In this document: positions 31,853-41,994 of the stretch, one piece after another
Layout: every line of letters starts with the position of its first letter
How positions within the stretch are numbered: the first letter of the stretch is position 1
From: Alphaproteobacteria bacterium
GTDB lineage: Bacteria > Pseudomonadota > Alphaproteobacteria > RF32 > CAG-239
Assembly (NCBI GenBank): GCA_017961285.1
Contig: JAGCXO010000005.1
Span: 1 to 56,151 of the forward strand
Direction of reading: 5' to 3'
Length of the DNA stretch: 56,151 bases
Notes under the pieces: model-generated
The model's database searches: none
What the model was told of the DNA's origin: nothing
What the model saw: the letters and a program-made list of their open reading frames with translations, nothing else
Position numbers and translations under genes: made by a program

Positions 31853-32362
31853 TTAACTATTTTTTCTCTTTAGCAAAAATCTATATAGTTCCGGACGCAT
31901 AAATCTGCCCTGCCAAACCCCGCGCTTATTGGCTTTTGCCTCTTTTTCCAAAGCCGCATACTTATCTCCCTCAGATCGATAAGCCAAGGCCCAACCGGCC
32001 TTGATCATCTCTTCATTCAAATTTTTGCCGTCTGCAAAACAAACGCTCAAACTGCGACCATACATATCGACCGATTCTTCCTTACAATCAACACTATGCG
32101 AAAAAACCAGTTCTTCCATATATTCTTTGGCCTTAATACCGCAATCATATTTCTGATGCTTTTTATTATAGCAAAACTGCTTATATTCCGGCGAGTCGAT
32201 TCCGACGAGTCTGATTCTCTTTCCATCAACTTCCAAACTATCACCGTCAACAACATATACATTTTCACCGGCACTAACCCAAGAAACATCCTTAAAGAAA
32301 AAATGCATCCCAAAAACAACCGCCAAAACCACTGCAACAAATTTCAATAACTTCATACCCAT
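31853..32362 (-). CDS. Thermonuclease (SNase) family protein
   Basis: VVDGDSL, IRLVGIDSPE, DMYGR, GWA, AKANKRGVW; N-terminal TM. Confidence 0.92.
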   Translation of the reverse strand: MGMKLLKFVAVVLAVVFGMHFFFKDVSWVSAGENVYVVDGDSLEVDGKRIRLVGIDSPEYKQFCYNKKHQKYDCGIKAKEYMEELVFSHSVDCKEESVDMYGRSLSVCFADGKNLNEEMIKAGWALAYRSEGDKYAALEKEAKANKRGVWQGRFMRPELYRFLLKRKNS

Positions 32363-32503
32363 GGCAACCTCCGCCGACAATATATCCCAACTGTAAAAAA
32401 TATGCAATTTAAATATTGTTTAATAAACCTAAAAAAAACTTTGTAGTTTAATATTTTTATCTTATTATTAGCTATAATTATAATTTTATAAAGGGTATAT
32501 GCC

Positions 32504-33367
32504 GTGTCTAAAATTAAAATTTTCGCATTGATTGTTTTGCCTCTTTTTGCAATATGCAGCTGCTCTTTTTGGGATCGCAGCCTGCAAGAAGTTTTGAACG
32601 ATCCTTTTGAAAGAGAAACTCCGCGCAACAACCGCCGGGTTCATATGGCTCCCCTGCAAATGCCGCGCAACATTGTTGTTTGCCGCAACAAACAATGCGC
32701 CCCGATAAAACTTTCAATGTCCAAGGAATATATCTACAACAGTTTGGTTCAAATGTTGCAGAACAACACCAACCAAAAAGCGCTGATTTGCGCCGCCGAA
32801 GCAAGTTCACATAACTGCTATGCCCACTACATATCCGCGCCGATTACTGTTGGCATAACTCCGGCATATGTTTATATCGATTCGGTAAAAATATCCGATG
32901 TCCAAATCGCCAAAGGTTCACGCTCGGTCAACCTGTTGCTGAATTATAATATTTCCTACAACGGCCAAACTCCTGATTGCACACCGAGCAAAACTATGTT
33001 CCTTGTCAAAAATTCCGAAAATATTGTCATGGAAGACAGCGGTTTCCAGTGCAAAATGACCACCATCGGAACAACTGCCGTCAAAAATCTGTTTTTGGTT
33101 GACTATATTGACTTGGATTACGGCTTTATCGGCGGATACTACTCTCTTGGCCTGTCCGGCCCGGCTTATGGCGGCGGTAGCGGCTATATGTTGTTGAGAT
33201 TGCCCGACACATCTTTCAGCCCGAAGGCAGTTCTTCCTTTGCCGCAAGAATACGATTCGAAGCCAAATTCACTGAAAGAAAAAATCAAAGAATACTTAAA
33301 TGGTCCAAAAGATAATACTACATCTTCTCAGGACAATGTAAAAGTATTTCCGATTGAGAGAAAATAA
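32504..33367 (+). CDS. Hypothetical Cys-rich exported protein, possible lipoprotein
   Basis: Signal with AICSC lipobox-like end; paired Cys; terminator follows. Confidence 0.65.
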   Translation: MSKIKIFALIVLPLFAICSCSFWDRSLQEVLNDPFERETPRNNRRVHMAPLQMPRNIVVCRNKQCAPIKLSMSKEYIYNSLVQMLQNNTNQKALICAAEASSHNCYAHYISAPITVGITPAYVYIDSVKISDVQIAKGSRSVNLLLNYNISYNGQTPDCTPSKTMFLVKNSENIVMEDSGFQCKMTTIGTTAVKNLFLVDYIDLDYGFIGGYYSLGLSGPAYGGGSGYMLLRLPDTSFSPKAVLPLPQEYDSKPNSLKEKIKEYLNGPKDNTTSSQDNVKVFPIERK

Positions 33368-33387
33368 AAAAACAAAATAACAACCAC

Positions 33388-33419
33388 AAAAAAACTCCGC
33401 AATCCGTGGAGTTTTTTTT
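33388..33419. terminator. Bidirectional terminator
   Basis: AAAAAAACTCC.C-aatcc-G.GGAGTTTTTTT. Confidence 0.7.
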
Positions 33420-33449
33420 AATAGTTAAGAACAAATCTAATAAACAATA

Positions 33450-34409
33450 CTATTCCGGCCTATACGTAAAATATCTCGGCAACTCATAAACCACAATTCG
33501 GTTAATATTCTCAAATTGCGTGCTCTTGCTGCCATAAACAATTTTTCCCGAATTATAAGGCATTTTTCCGTGACGTGTCTGATATATTTGCAAATCCTGC
33601 AAATTCATAAATATACCATTATCAAAAAACACATTCCACCCATATGGAGAAGCCACTTTCACATGTATCACCCTAATGGTTTTATCCGTATCCAAAAACT
33701 CCGGCATATTATCAACCGAAAGTTCATATGTCTTATCATCAAGCCTTCCGCTATACCAACGCAATATATCTTCAGATTTTTCCGATATCCCTTGCAATTT
33801 CAAATCTTTTTCCTCAATCACCAAAGGATTCATATGAATCATTGGCTGATGAGAGGCACTCTCCTCAATCTGCACATCTTCCACCGCCGCATTTTTCGAA
33901 CTCTCGACAATTTCTTCCGCCTCAACAACATCATCAACAACCGGCTCTTCCGGCTCAACAGGCACTTCTTCCACCGGCTCGGCAACAGAAACATCCTCCA
34001 CCGGCTCGGCAACAGAAACATCCTCCACCGGCTCGGCAACAGAAACATCCTCCACCGGCTCCAACTCTTCCTCAACAACGTTCTTAACCTGTTTTTCTTT
34101 AGCTTTAGAAACATTTTTATTAATCGGAGAAACTTTTCCACTTCTCGCCTCTTGAAAAGATTTTAAGGCAGAATCCAAATCTTCCAATTTAAAATCCTTA
34201 AAATCAGCTACAGGATCCATATCATCAGGTTCATCAATAAATTCTTCCTTTTTCTCTTCCACAACAGGAGAAAACTCAATAACCGGTTCGTCTTGCATAA
34301 AACTATCCAAATCCGAAACCTTAGAGTCTCCAAAATCTATTTTTGTATCCTCTTGTGTAGAGCCCAAAAGCTTATCAAAATCTATATCCTGCTCTTGCTT
34401 ATTATCCAT
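33450..34409 (-). CDS. Hypothetical highly acidic protein with internal repeats
   Basis: D/E-rich N-half, globular-looking C-terminal ~110 aa; ATG at 34409. Confidence 0.7.
   Translation of the reverse strand: MDNKQEQDIDFDKLLGSTQEDTKIDFGDSKVSDLDSFMQDEPVIEFSPVVEEKKEEFIDEPDDMDPVADFKDFKLEDLDSALKSFQEARSGKVSPINKNVSKAKEKQVKNVVEEELEPVEDVSVAEPVEDVSVAEPVEDVSVAEPVEEVPVEPEEPVVDDVVEAEEIVESSKNAAVEDVQIEESASHQPMIHMNPLVIEEKDLKLQGISEKSEDILRWYSGRLDDKTYELSVDNMPEFLDTDKTIRVIHVKVASPYGWNVFFDNGIFMNLQDLQIYQTRHGKMPYNSGKIVYGSKSTQFENINRIVVYELPRYFTYRPE
33971..34061. repeat. 27-bp coding tandem repeat x3.4
   Basis: CCACCGGCTCGGCAACAGAAACATCCT repeated exactly; encodes EPVEDVSVA. Confidence 0.95.
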
Positions 34410-34485
34410 TTCAAATTCCTCAATCAAAAAAACATTTTTCAAAAAATATATTCACTAACGAAAAACATATTTTCTTATGTGAGTG

Positions 34486-35856
34486 TTATAAGGGAATGCG
34501 GATGAGAACCCTCAAGCCTCCTATCGGTGAATCTTGTAACTCAATCGTTCCGCCGTGCGACGTAACCACATCTTTTGCAATCGAAAGCCCAAGTCCGATA
34601 CCGCCTGTCTCTTTGTTGCGCGAGTTTTCCAAGCGATAAAAGGCCTTAAACACTTCTTCTCTCTTATCTTCCGGAATCCCCGGTCCGTCATCATCAACAA
34701 CAATTTCCACCTTGCCGCCGACAGCCTCCAAATTGACCGCAATTGTTTTTCCATAATTAAAAGCATTGCCGATAATATTGGTCAAAGCCCTCTTCAAAGC
34801 CTGTTCCCTACCTTGCACCGCGCTGACTTGGTCATTTGTAGAATATCTGATCAACGCTTTGTTAGAAACCCTAAATTTATTGATAATGCTCAAAATCATT
34901 TCATTCAAATCAACAAAAGTCGGTTGCTCTCCACCCTCGCCGCTGACAAAAGACAAATAGCCTTCGAGCATTTTTTCCATTTCGCTGATATCTTGCAAAA
35001 ATTCTTCTTTGTTCAAAGCATTTTTCTTATCCCCGTCCGGCAACAAAGCCAACTGCAGACGCATTCTGGTCAGAGGTGTGCGCAAATCATGCGAAACTCC
35101 GGCCAACATCTGTGTTCTTTCGCTGATTTGCCGCAAAATCCTCTCCTTCATCTTAATAAAAGCAATGCCTGCTTTTCTAACCTCGGAGGAACCATACGGC
35201 TTAAAGTTTTTATCATCAATGCCTTTACCAAAATCCTCAGCCGCCGTTGCTAAATCTGCAATCGAACGAACCTGAATTCGCAAAAACGCAACCGCAACCA
35301 AAAACAAAAGCAAAGATGTTCCGACCATCCAAATCATAAAACCAAAAATCGAGGTCGAAAAAATATTTTTTCTACTCGTAATAAATTGATAAAGACCATC
35401 CGGCTGTTCTATAAAGACCACCAAATCAGAGCCCTTTACATACAAGCTCATAATCGCATCCGGAAAAGCCTTATTCAGCGATTCTTCCAAAAATCCCGTA
35501 ATCATCTTATTATTGCGATGAGCCTCTCTGATAACATCATGTTTGGCTTCATCATCAAAATATTTCATCTCCAAATCATAATTCTTCGCCGTCAGCTGCT
35601 GAATTTCATCAAGCTTATCAGGAGCTTCTTCCGCCAACTGCATCGCAAAAGCCATATTTGAGGTCAAATTTTCCGATAGTCTGCGCCCCACTCGCCCCCA
35701 CGAGCCGTTAAAAAACGCCAAAATAGAAACCATTTGCACCACAATCAACGGTACAAAAATCAACAACATAGTCCTAAAAAACAAAGTTTTCGGCATACAC
35801 TTAATCCGTATATACTTCAAAACCTCATCAACCTTATTCGGAAAATTCAAATGCAT
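34486..35856 (-). CDS. envZ: EnvZ-like sensor histidine kinase
   Basis: PKTLFFR, HAMP, AGVSHDLRTPLTR H-box, DDGPGI, GLGLSI. Confidence 0.9.
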   Translation of the reverse strand: MHLNFPNKVDEVLKYIRIKCMPKTLFFRTMLLIFVPLIVVQMVSILAFFNGSWGRVGRRLSENLTSNMAFAMQLAEEAPDKLDEIQQLTAKNYDLEMKYFDDEAKHDVIREAHRNNKMITGFLEESLNKAFPDAIMSLYVKGSDLVVFIEQPDGLYQFITSRKNIFSTSIFGFMIWMVGTSLLLFLVAVAFLRIQVRSIADLATAAEDFGKGIDDKNFKPYGSSEVRKAGIAFIKMKERILRQISERTQMLAGVSHDLRTPLTRMRLQLALLPDGDKKNALNKEEFLQDISEMEKMLEGYLSFVSGEGGEQPTFVDLNEMILSIINKFRVSNKALIRYSTNDQVSAVQGREQALKRALTNIIGNAFNYGKTIAVNLEAVGGKVEIVVDDDGPGIPEDKREEVFKAFYRLENSRNKETGGIGLGLSIAKDVVTSHGGTIELQDSPIGGLRVLIRIPL

Positions 35857-35867
35857 TTTTCACTCCT

Positions 35868-36557
35868 TTATTCCGTAAGCAAAATATATCCTTTGCCACG
35901 CACTGTCTGCAAATGGCGAGGATTTTTTGAATCCTTCTCAATTTTTTTGCGCAACCTTGTAACCTGCACATCAATAGAGCGCAAACCTTGTCCTGCCCCC
36001 ATCAGCTCTGCCAACCTTTCGCGGCTGAAAATCTGCCCCGACTTCTTTCCCAAAAGCGACAGCATAGCCTGCTCAACCGGCGTAATATGTATGATATGTC
36101 CCTGTTTATCGGCCAGTTCCTTTTTATCCAAATCATATTGGCAATGCCCGAAATCCAAAACTCTGTTTGTTTTTTCTGTATAGCTGGTGCTTCTTTTCAA
36201 TATATTTTTAATTCTTAGCACCAGTTCTTTTGGTTCAAAAGGCTTTGGCAAATAATCATCCGCGCCGCATTCCAAACCGTTTATCCTGTCGCCTGTCTCG
36301 CCCATTGCTGTCAACAGAATAACCGGGACACTATCCTCTTTGCGCAATTTTTGCAAAAACTCTAATCCCGTTTCTTCCGGCATCATAATATCCACAATCA
36401 AAAGATCAAACTTATACTGCGCCATCATAAAGCGAGCATCTTTTGCATCCTTTGCCGCCGAAACAAAGAAATCGCTCTCTCTTAGAAATCGCACTAAGAG
36501 AGAACGAAGTCTGGTATCATCATCAACCACCAAAATATGAGTTTTTTTTTCAAGCAC
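35868..36557 (-). CDS. ompR: OmpR-family response regulator
   Basis: VVDDD, DIMMP, GADDYLPKPF, RSIDVQVTRLR, TVRGKGY. Confidence 0.92.
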   Translation of the reverse strand: MLEKKTHILVVDDDTRLRSLLVRFLRESDFFVSAAKDAKDARFMMAQYKFDLLIVDIMMPEETGLEFLQKLRKEDSVPVILLTAMGETGDRINGLECGADDYLPKPFEPKELVLRIKNILKRSTSYTEKTNRVLDFGHCQYDLDKKELADKQGHIIHITPVEQAMLSLLGKKSGQIFSRERLAELMGAGQGLRSIDVQVTRLRKKIEKDSKNPRHLQTVRGKGYILLTE

Positions 36558-36572
36558 AAAACTCTCCTGAGA

Positions 36573-37316
36573 CTATCTTTTAACTGCTTTTTTTACAGTC
36601 TTTTTATTTGTTTTTTTCTTTGCAGTTTTTCTAACTTGCGGATTAGCTTTTTGTTCAGGCTGTTTAACTTCGGCAACTTTTTTAGCCACAGCATCCTTAA
36701 CCTTAACCGCAATTTTTTTAACTTCTTGCTCAACTGCCTTAACCGGATTTTGTTTCTTGTTTTCAACCGTATAAATATAATCCAGGCATTTTGCAAAATA
36801 TTGATATCCGGTAACAAAAGTCAAAATTCCCGCAATCCAAAGCAAAATTTCTCCGACAACACCGACAGGCTTGCCTATCAAATAGAGATTTTGCAACAAA
36901 ATCATCGAAATTGCTGTCATCTGGAAACCTGTTTTCCATTTTGCCAAACGAGTAACCGGCATTCCAACTCTGAACTCTGCCAGAAACTCTCTCAAACCCG
37001 AAACCAAAACCTCGCGGCACATAATGATGATAACCGGAATATAAGTTATCGGACAAACCATACGATTGGCAACAATAATCAACAATGCCGACACAACCAA
37101 AAGCTTATCGGCAATAGGGTCAAGCAAACGTCCCAAAACCGAATTTTGATTTCGTGAACGTGCAAAATATCCGTCCAAATAATCCGTAATTGAGGCCAAC
37201 ACAAAAAGCACGCCGGCAACAACAGACCACCAAGCATAATGAATATAAATTGCCAAGAAAATCACCGGAATTACTACAATTCGCGAGATTGTCAATAAAT
37301 TAGGAAGATTATACAT
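36573..37316 (-). CDS. pgsA: CDP-diacylglycerol--glycerol-3-phosphate 3-phosphatidyltransferase
   Basis: NLPNLLT.SR, TDYLDGYFAR, LDPIADKLLV; follows uvrC. Confidence 0.94.
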   Translation of the reverse strand: MYNLPNLLTISRIVVIPVIFLAIYIHYAWWSVVAGVLFVLASITDYLDGYFARSRNQNSVLGRLLDPIADKLLVVSALLIIVANRMVCPITYIPVIIIMCREVLVSGLREFLAEFRVGMPVTRLAKWKTGFQMTAISMILLQNLYLIGKPVGVVGEILLWIAGILTFVTGYQYFAKCLDYIYTVENKKQNPVKAVEQEVKKIAVKVKDAVAKKVAEVKQPEQKANPQVRKTAKKKTNKKTVKKAVKR

Positions 37317-37376
37317 AATAAGCACCTACTATAAAAATAAAAGTTTAACTCCGATGCTTATCATATTTCATATTTT

Positions 37377-39191
37377 TTATTTATGAAAGTAATTAAATAT
37401 CTTTTCCGCTGTTTTTTTACTAATTCCCGAAACTTTTTGCAGCTCTGTCACATTTGCCTGCTTAATCGTTTCAACCGAGCCAAAATGATTAAGCAGTTTT
37501 TTCTTTCTGTCTGCTCCAACACCCTCAATCTCATCAAGCTTTGAAACAAACATAGACTTTGCCCGTTTTTTCCGATGTGTCCCGATTGCAAATCTATGCG
37601 CCTCATCGCGAATATTTTGCATATAAAAAGCCAGTGGCGATTGATACGGCAAAGCAAAACTTTCTTTTCCTTTTTGATGATAAAACTCTTTTCCTGCGTT
37701 TCGTTCCGGCCCCTTTGATATTGCAATTATCGCAATCCCCGACAAGTCAAAATTTTGCAAACACTCATGCACCGCGTGCAACTGCCCCAAACCACCGTCA
37801 AGCAAAATAACATCCGGTCGATTTTCCGGTGTCATCTTCTCAAAACGGCGTGTCAAGACTTCTTTCATCATCGCAAAATCATCATTGGTAATTTCACTGT
37901 TTTTGATATTAAAAGTCCGATAAGCTTTTTTATCAAAACCGTCCTGCGTCGCCACAATCATAGCCCCCACGGCATAACTGCCCTGAATATGCGAGTTATC
38001 ATAAACCTCAATTCTCTTCGGCACCACCGAGAGGCCAAAAACTTCTTTCATATTCTGCAAGTTTTTCAAAACAGAAGTTTCCAAAGCCATTTTTCTTTCC
38101 AAAGCCTCTTTAGCATTGCGCAAAACTCCTTCGGCAATCTTGGCTTTGTTGCCTTTTTGATAAAACCCGATTTTTACTCCCAAAGCCTCTTGCAAAAACT
38201 CTTTATTTTCCGGCTCTTCCGAAACAATAATCTCTTCCGGCAGCTGATGATTGCTGTAAAAGTCGCTCAAAAATGCCTCCAAAATCTCGGCCTTTTCTGC
38301 TCCTTCCGCCTGTTTTGGAAAAAACGCCATATTGCCGCAATTTTGCCCTGCTCTGATTAAAAACAGCTGAATACAACACAAATTATGCTCAACATAAATT
38401 GCCGCAACATCTGCCGATTTTATACCGCCATATTCAACATTTTTGCCTTGTTGAACACTTGTCAAAGCTCTTATTCTGTCACGATAAACCATCGCCGTTT
38501 CATAATCACAAACATCACTTGCCTGCTGCATTTTTTCCGACATTCTCTGCTGAATTTTGGTATTTTTTCCTTCCAAAAATTCAACCGCCTCCTCAACCAA
38601 TTTGCGATAAGCTTCTTTGCTGATTTTCCCGACACAAGGCGCCGAGCAACGTTTAATTTGATACATCAAGCAAGGTCTTTCTCTGTTTTTGAAATTACTG
38701 TCACTGCACGTCCGCAACAAAAACGCTTTTTGCAACAAATCAAGAGTATTATTCACCGCCAACACATTGGCAAACGGACCGAAATATTTATATCCGTTTT
38801 TTTTGACACCGCGATACTTTCTCAAAACCGGAAATTCTTCTTTCAAATTCAAACTCAAATAAGGAAAAGTCTTATCATCTTTAAGCAAAATATTATATTT
38901 CGGTGCCAGTTTTTTTATCAACTCATTTTCGAGTAATAGCGCCTTTGCTTCATTTTCAACGACAATAAATTCCATCCGCCTGATTTGCGCAACCATACGT
39001 TGCAGCCTCGCCGGCAATTTATCAATATGCGAATAAGCAACAATTCTTTTTTTTATATTTTTCGCTTTTCCGACATAAAGCACATTTTCATCTTCATCCA
39101 ACATCCGATAAACACCGGGCTTTTCCGGAGCAATTTTAATATTTTTCTCCAAAACCTCCAGCCCGCGCTTTATGTCAAAATTCATTGTCAT
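37377..39191 (-). CDS. uvrC: Excinuclease ABC subunit C
   Basis: PGVYRM...LYVGKAK GIY-YIG, RIEVYDNSH, DGGLGQ, RDEAHRFA, HhH. Confidence 0.97.
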   Translation of the reverse strand: MTMNFDIKRGLEVLEKNIKIAPEKPGVYRMLDEDENVLYVGKAKNIKKRIVAYSHIDKLPARLQRMVAQIRRMEFIVVENEAKALLLENELIKKLAPKYNILLKDDKTFPYLSLNLKEEFPVLRKYRGVKKNGYKYFGPFANVLAVNNTLDLLQKAFLLRTCSDSNFKNRERPCLMYQIKRCSAPCVGKISKEAYRKLVEEAVEFLEGKNTKIQQRMSEKMQQASDVCDYETAMVYRDRIRALTSVQQGKNVEYGGIKSADVAAIYVEHNLCCIQLFLIRAGQNCGNMAFFPKQAEGAEKAEILEAFLSDFYSNHQLPEEIIVSEEPENKEFLQEALGVKIGFYQKGNKAKIAEGVLRNAKEALERKMALETSVLKNLQNMKEVFGLSVVPKRIEVYDNSHIQGSYAVGAMIVATQDGFDKKAYRTFNIKNSEITNDDFAMMKEVLTRRFEKMTPENRPDVILLDGGLGQLHAVHECLQNFDLSGIAIIAISKGPERNAGKEFYHQKGKESFALPYQSPLAFYMQNIRDEAHRFAIGTHRKKRAKSMFVSKLDEIEGVGADRKKKLLNHFGSVETIKQANVTELQKVSGISKKTAEKIFNYFHK

Positions 39192-39197
39192 TTTTTA

Positions 39198-39515
39198 TCA
39201 AAAAAGAAACATCATAAACAAACTGAGTGCACAAGCACAAGAAAGTAACAGCTTAAAGATATTGCCTATAAAATGACCAAAAGTCCCTTTCCAATCAACA
39301 ATATCGCTATATCCTTTTTGGGCACGATTAAATACAATCGTATAAACAAACGCAACCGCCAACACCCCAAAATATAATTGCGGCAGAGCCAAAAACGCAA
39401 AAATTTCCGGTATTTTATAATTCAAACAAAGATACGCTGCCACCCCGATACCCAGCAAAACCATCGGATGAATAATCAACCCGCTCCTAAACACATTCAC
39501 AAGTCCTCTTATCAT
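39198..39515 (-). CDS. Hypothetical membrane protein
   Basis: 105 aa, 3 TMs, tightly packed between glmM and uvrC. Confidence 0.65.
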   Translation of the reverse strand: MIRGLVNVFRSGLIIHPMVLLGIGVAAYLCLNYKIPEIFAFLALPQLYFGVLAVAFVYTIVFNRAQKGYSDIVDWKGTFGHFIGNIFKLLLSCACALSLFMMFLF

Positions 39516-39518
39516 CTT

Positions 39519-40859
39519 CTATCCTTTCTTAATTTCATCAATAATCATATTTGCAGCTTCATGAACCAAATTTTCATCACTTCCTGCCACCCAAACTCTG
39601 ATTTTCGGTTCGGTTCCCGAGGGATGCAAAACCACTCTGCCGACACCTTTCATCTTTTCCGTAGCTTCGGCAACAACTTTTTTCACCGCCTCCGAATTTG
39701 CAATTTCCTTTACTTTTTCTCTTGTTTCCACCGGCAAACTGACAAACACGCACGGATCGAACTCAAAAAGCGGAAAAATCTCGCTCATTTTTCTTTTTTC
39801 GTCAGCCAAAGCCAAACAAAACAGCAGCGCATTAACCAAACCATCGCCGCTCTTGCAACAATCACTCCAAACAATATGTCCGGATTCTTCGCCACCGATA
39901 CCGCAGCCGACTTCTTGCATCTTTGCCACAATCGCTCTTTCACCGACTTTCGTGCTATAATATTCCAAGCCCATCTCCTTGATATAGCGCTCCATTGCCG
40001 TATTGGAAAGAACCGTCGAAACAACCGCGTTGCCACTGTATTTTCCTGTTTTAAGCAAATATTTTACCATAAATGTCATCAACTGCTCTGCCGGAACTTT
40101 GCGCCCCAAATCGTCACAAATAAGCAACCTGTCGCCGTCACCGTCAACCGCAATACCCAACTGTGCTTTAGCATTTTTCACTGTTTCGAAAAGATTTTCC
40201 GGATGTTGTGAACCGCAATTTTCGTTGATATTATATCCGTTCGGCTCATTTCCGAGAGAAATCACACCTGCACCCAAATCCATAAATACTTGCGGCATAA
40301 TTTGGGCAAAAGAACCGTTGGCACAATCCAAAACCACCCGCATTCCGTTCAACGGACGTTCTCCTTGAATAAACTTTTTGGCTTTTTGCAAATAAATTTC
40401 CAAGCCCTCTTTATATTCGATAATTTTTCCCAGTTTTTCCGAGCTCAAAGCAAAATCCGCTTTCAAGACCATATCTTCCAACTTTGCCGTAACCTCGTCG
40501 GCAAACTTATCTCCGTTAGAGGCAATCAGCTTAATCCCGTTATCAAAATAAGGATTATGCGAAGCAGTAATCATCACCGCCATATCAACTTCCAAATCTT
40601 CGACAATCGAAGTCACCGCCGGTGTTGGCAAAACCCCGAGCAATTTCACATCAACACCTGCCGCCAAAAATCCGGCCGTCAAAGCCGATTGCAACATTTC
40701 TCCCGAAATTCTCGTATCTCTTGCTATCGCCACTTTTTTATGATTTTTACACACTTCCAAACCGCAAGCCATACCGAGTTTGGTTGCAAAATCGGCGGTC
40801 ATCGGATATTGATTTGCCACACCGCGCACACCGTCCGTTCCAAAAAGTTTATTTGCCAT
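39519..40859 (-). CDS. glmM: Phosphoglucosamine mutase
   Basis: LFGTDGVRG, TASHNP, DGDGDR, GGEESGH, SGTEP. Confidence 0.95.
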   Translation of the reverse strand: MANKLFGTDGVRGVANQYPMTADFATKLGMACGLEVCKNHKKVAIARDTRISGEMLQSALTAGFLAAGVDVKLLGVLPTPAVTSIVEDLEVDMAVMITASHNPYFDNGIKLIASNGDKFADEVTAKLEDMVLKADFALSSEKLGKIIEYKEGLEIYLQKAKKFIQGERPLNGMRVVLDCANGSFAQIMPQVFMDLGAGVISLGNEPNGYNINENCGSQHPENLFETVKNAKAQLGIAVDGDGDRLLICDDLGRKVPAEQLMTFMVKYLLKTGKYSGNAVVSTVLSNTAMERYIKEMGLEYYSTKVGERAIVAKMQEVGCGIGGEESGHIVWSDCCKSGDGLVNALLFCLALADEKRKMSEIFPLFEFDPCVFVSLPVETREKVKEIANSEAVKKVVAEATEKMKGVGRVVLHPSGTEPKIRVWVAGSDENLVHEAANMIIDEIKKG

Positions 40860-40978
40860 TTTTAACCTCCGTTTGCATATACTATATAAACATTCACAAA
40901 AAATATCAAGCGCATAAAAAAAGACCGTTATGACAAATCATTACCATATAGTAACAATTCATACATAACGATCATAAA

Positions 40979-41281
40979 CTAAGACTCAAAGTTATGCTTA
41001 AATAGTTGTTGCAGAATAATTGAAACAACACCAAGCACCAATCCCAAAAGAACTTTCAGCGAATAAGGACAAGCCAAAGGTACAAAAATCCATATCAAAA
41101 TAGCCCATGCGACCAATAGCATAAAAAATGCACTACCGACACACGCCCCTACTCCGTTCCAATAAAGACCGCCGCATATATGAACATCCTCTGCACTTTT
41201 AGCAGAAGCATCAAATTTGCCTGATAAGAGTATTGCAAAAATCCATGCCAAAAATTTTACTAACACAACTATTGCTGTCAT
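40979..41281 (-). CDS. Hypothetical membrane protein
   Basis: ATG at 41281 (MTAIVV...), about 3 TMs; the longer 249-aa ORF call overlaps the neighbouring gene. Confidence 0.5.
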   Translation of the reverse strand: MTAIVVLVKFLAWIFAILLSGKFDASAKSAEDVHICGGLYWNGVGACVGSAFFMLLVAWAILIWIFVPLACPYSLKVLLGLVLGVVSIILQQLFKHNFES

Positions 41282-41421
41282 AATTATACTGGTTTCTTTT
41301 AAGAGAGGCGCCTTTTCGCCAATCCAGCATACTCTTTTTTTTATGATAATTGAATAAAAATAACTTTGTAATTTGCTTATATCATAAAATTTTTCCAAAT
41401 TCAATCCCAAACATAAAAAAG

Positions 41422-41447
41422 CCGCTCGGAGTTTCCTCCAAGCGGTC
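41422..41447 (-). repeat. 26-bp terminator copy identical to the ftsH terminator
   Basis: CCGCTCGGAGTTTCCTCCAAGCGGTC also at 42256-42281. Confidence 0.9.
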
Positions 41448-41457
41448 CAAAGTTTAT

Positions 41458-41838
41458 TTATTTCCAATATGAAATCAACATATTGGCAAAATAGCCGATT
41501 GAGGCTATTAGAAAGAAAATACCTTCCAGCAGATAGACAACCACCATACTGGAAATCAAGAAGATATACAGTCCGACAAATGCCACTGCAAAAGCAACCA
41601 CCGGACCTTCTGTGGCATATAAATACATGCCGGAGACCACCGCCGCCAACAGTGCAAAAACAGCCGCCATCACCAAACAGATAATACAGGCCTTTCGTCC
41701 TTGCGGCTTGTCGGTTCTGATTTCCCAAGGGAATGTCTCAAAGACATCCTTGCAGAAAAGAACTCTCATCAGCGCCAAAAATACCAGCGCAACATAGGGA
41801 GCAGCAAACAACTCCCAACTCAAAATGATGTCTTCCAT
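41458..41838 (-). CDS. Hypothetical membrane protein
   Basis: 126 aa, about 4 TMs; TTGCAT-17 bp-TATAAG promoter at 41908-41880. Confidence 0.65.
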   Translation of the reverse strand: MEDIILSWELFAAPYVALVFLALMRVLFCKDVFETFPWEIRTDKPQGRKACIICLVMAAVFALLAAVVSGMYLYATEGPVVAFAVAFVGLYIFLISSMVVVYLLEGIFFLIASIGYFANMLISYWK

Positions 41839-41994
41839 ATTTTTTTATTTTAATTTGTAAATAATTTCTTTCGCAAGAGCTTATACACCTAAATTAAAAT
41901 AAATGCAAGTTTTTTATCGAAAATAGACAAAAGCTATTTAAAGCCATAAAAACAGAAAAACCGTTACTTCAAAATCATTACCAAAGGTAACAAC

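Noticed and set aside
40979-41728. 249-aa ORF as a single gene
   Set aside because: It overlaps the 41458 gene in another frame and runs through a terminator; only the 3' 100 codons look coding
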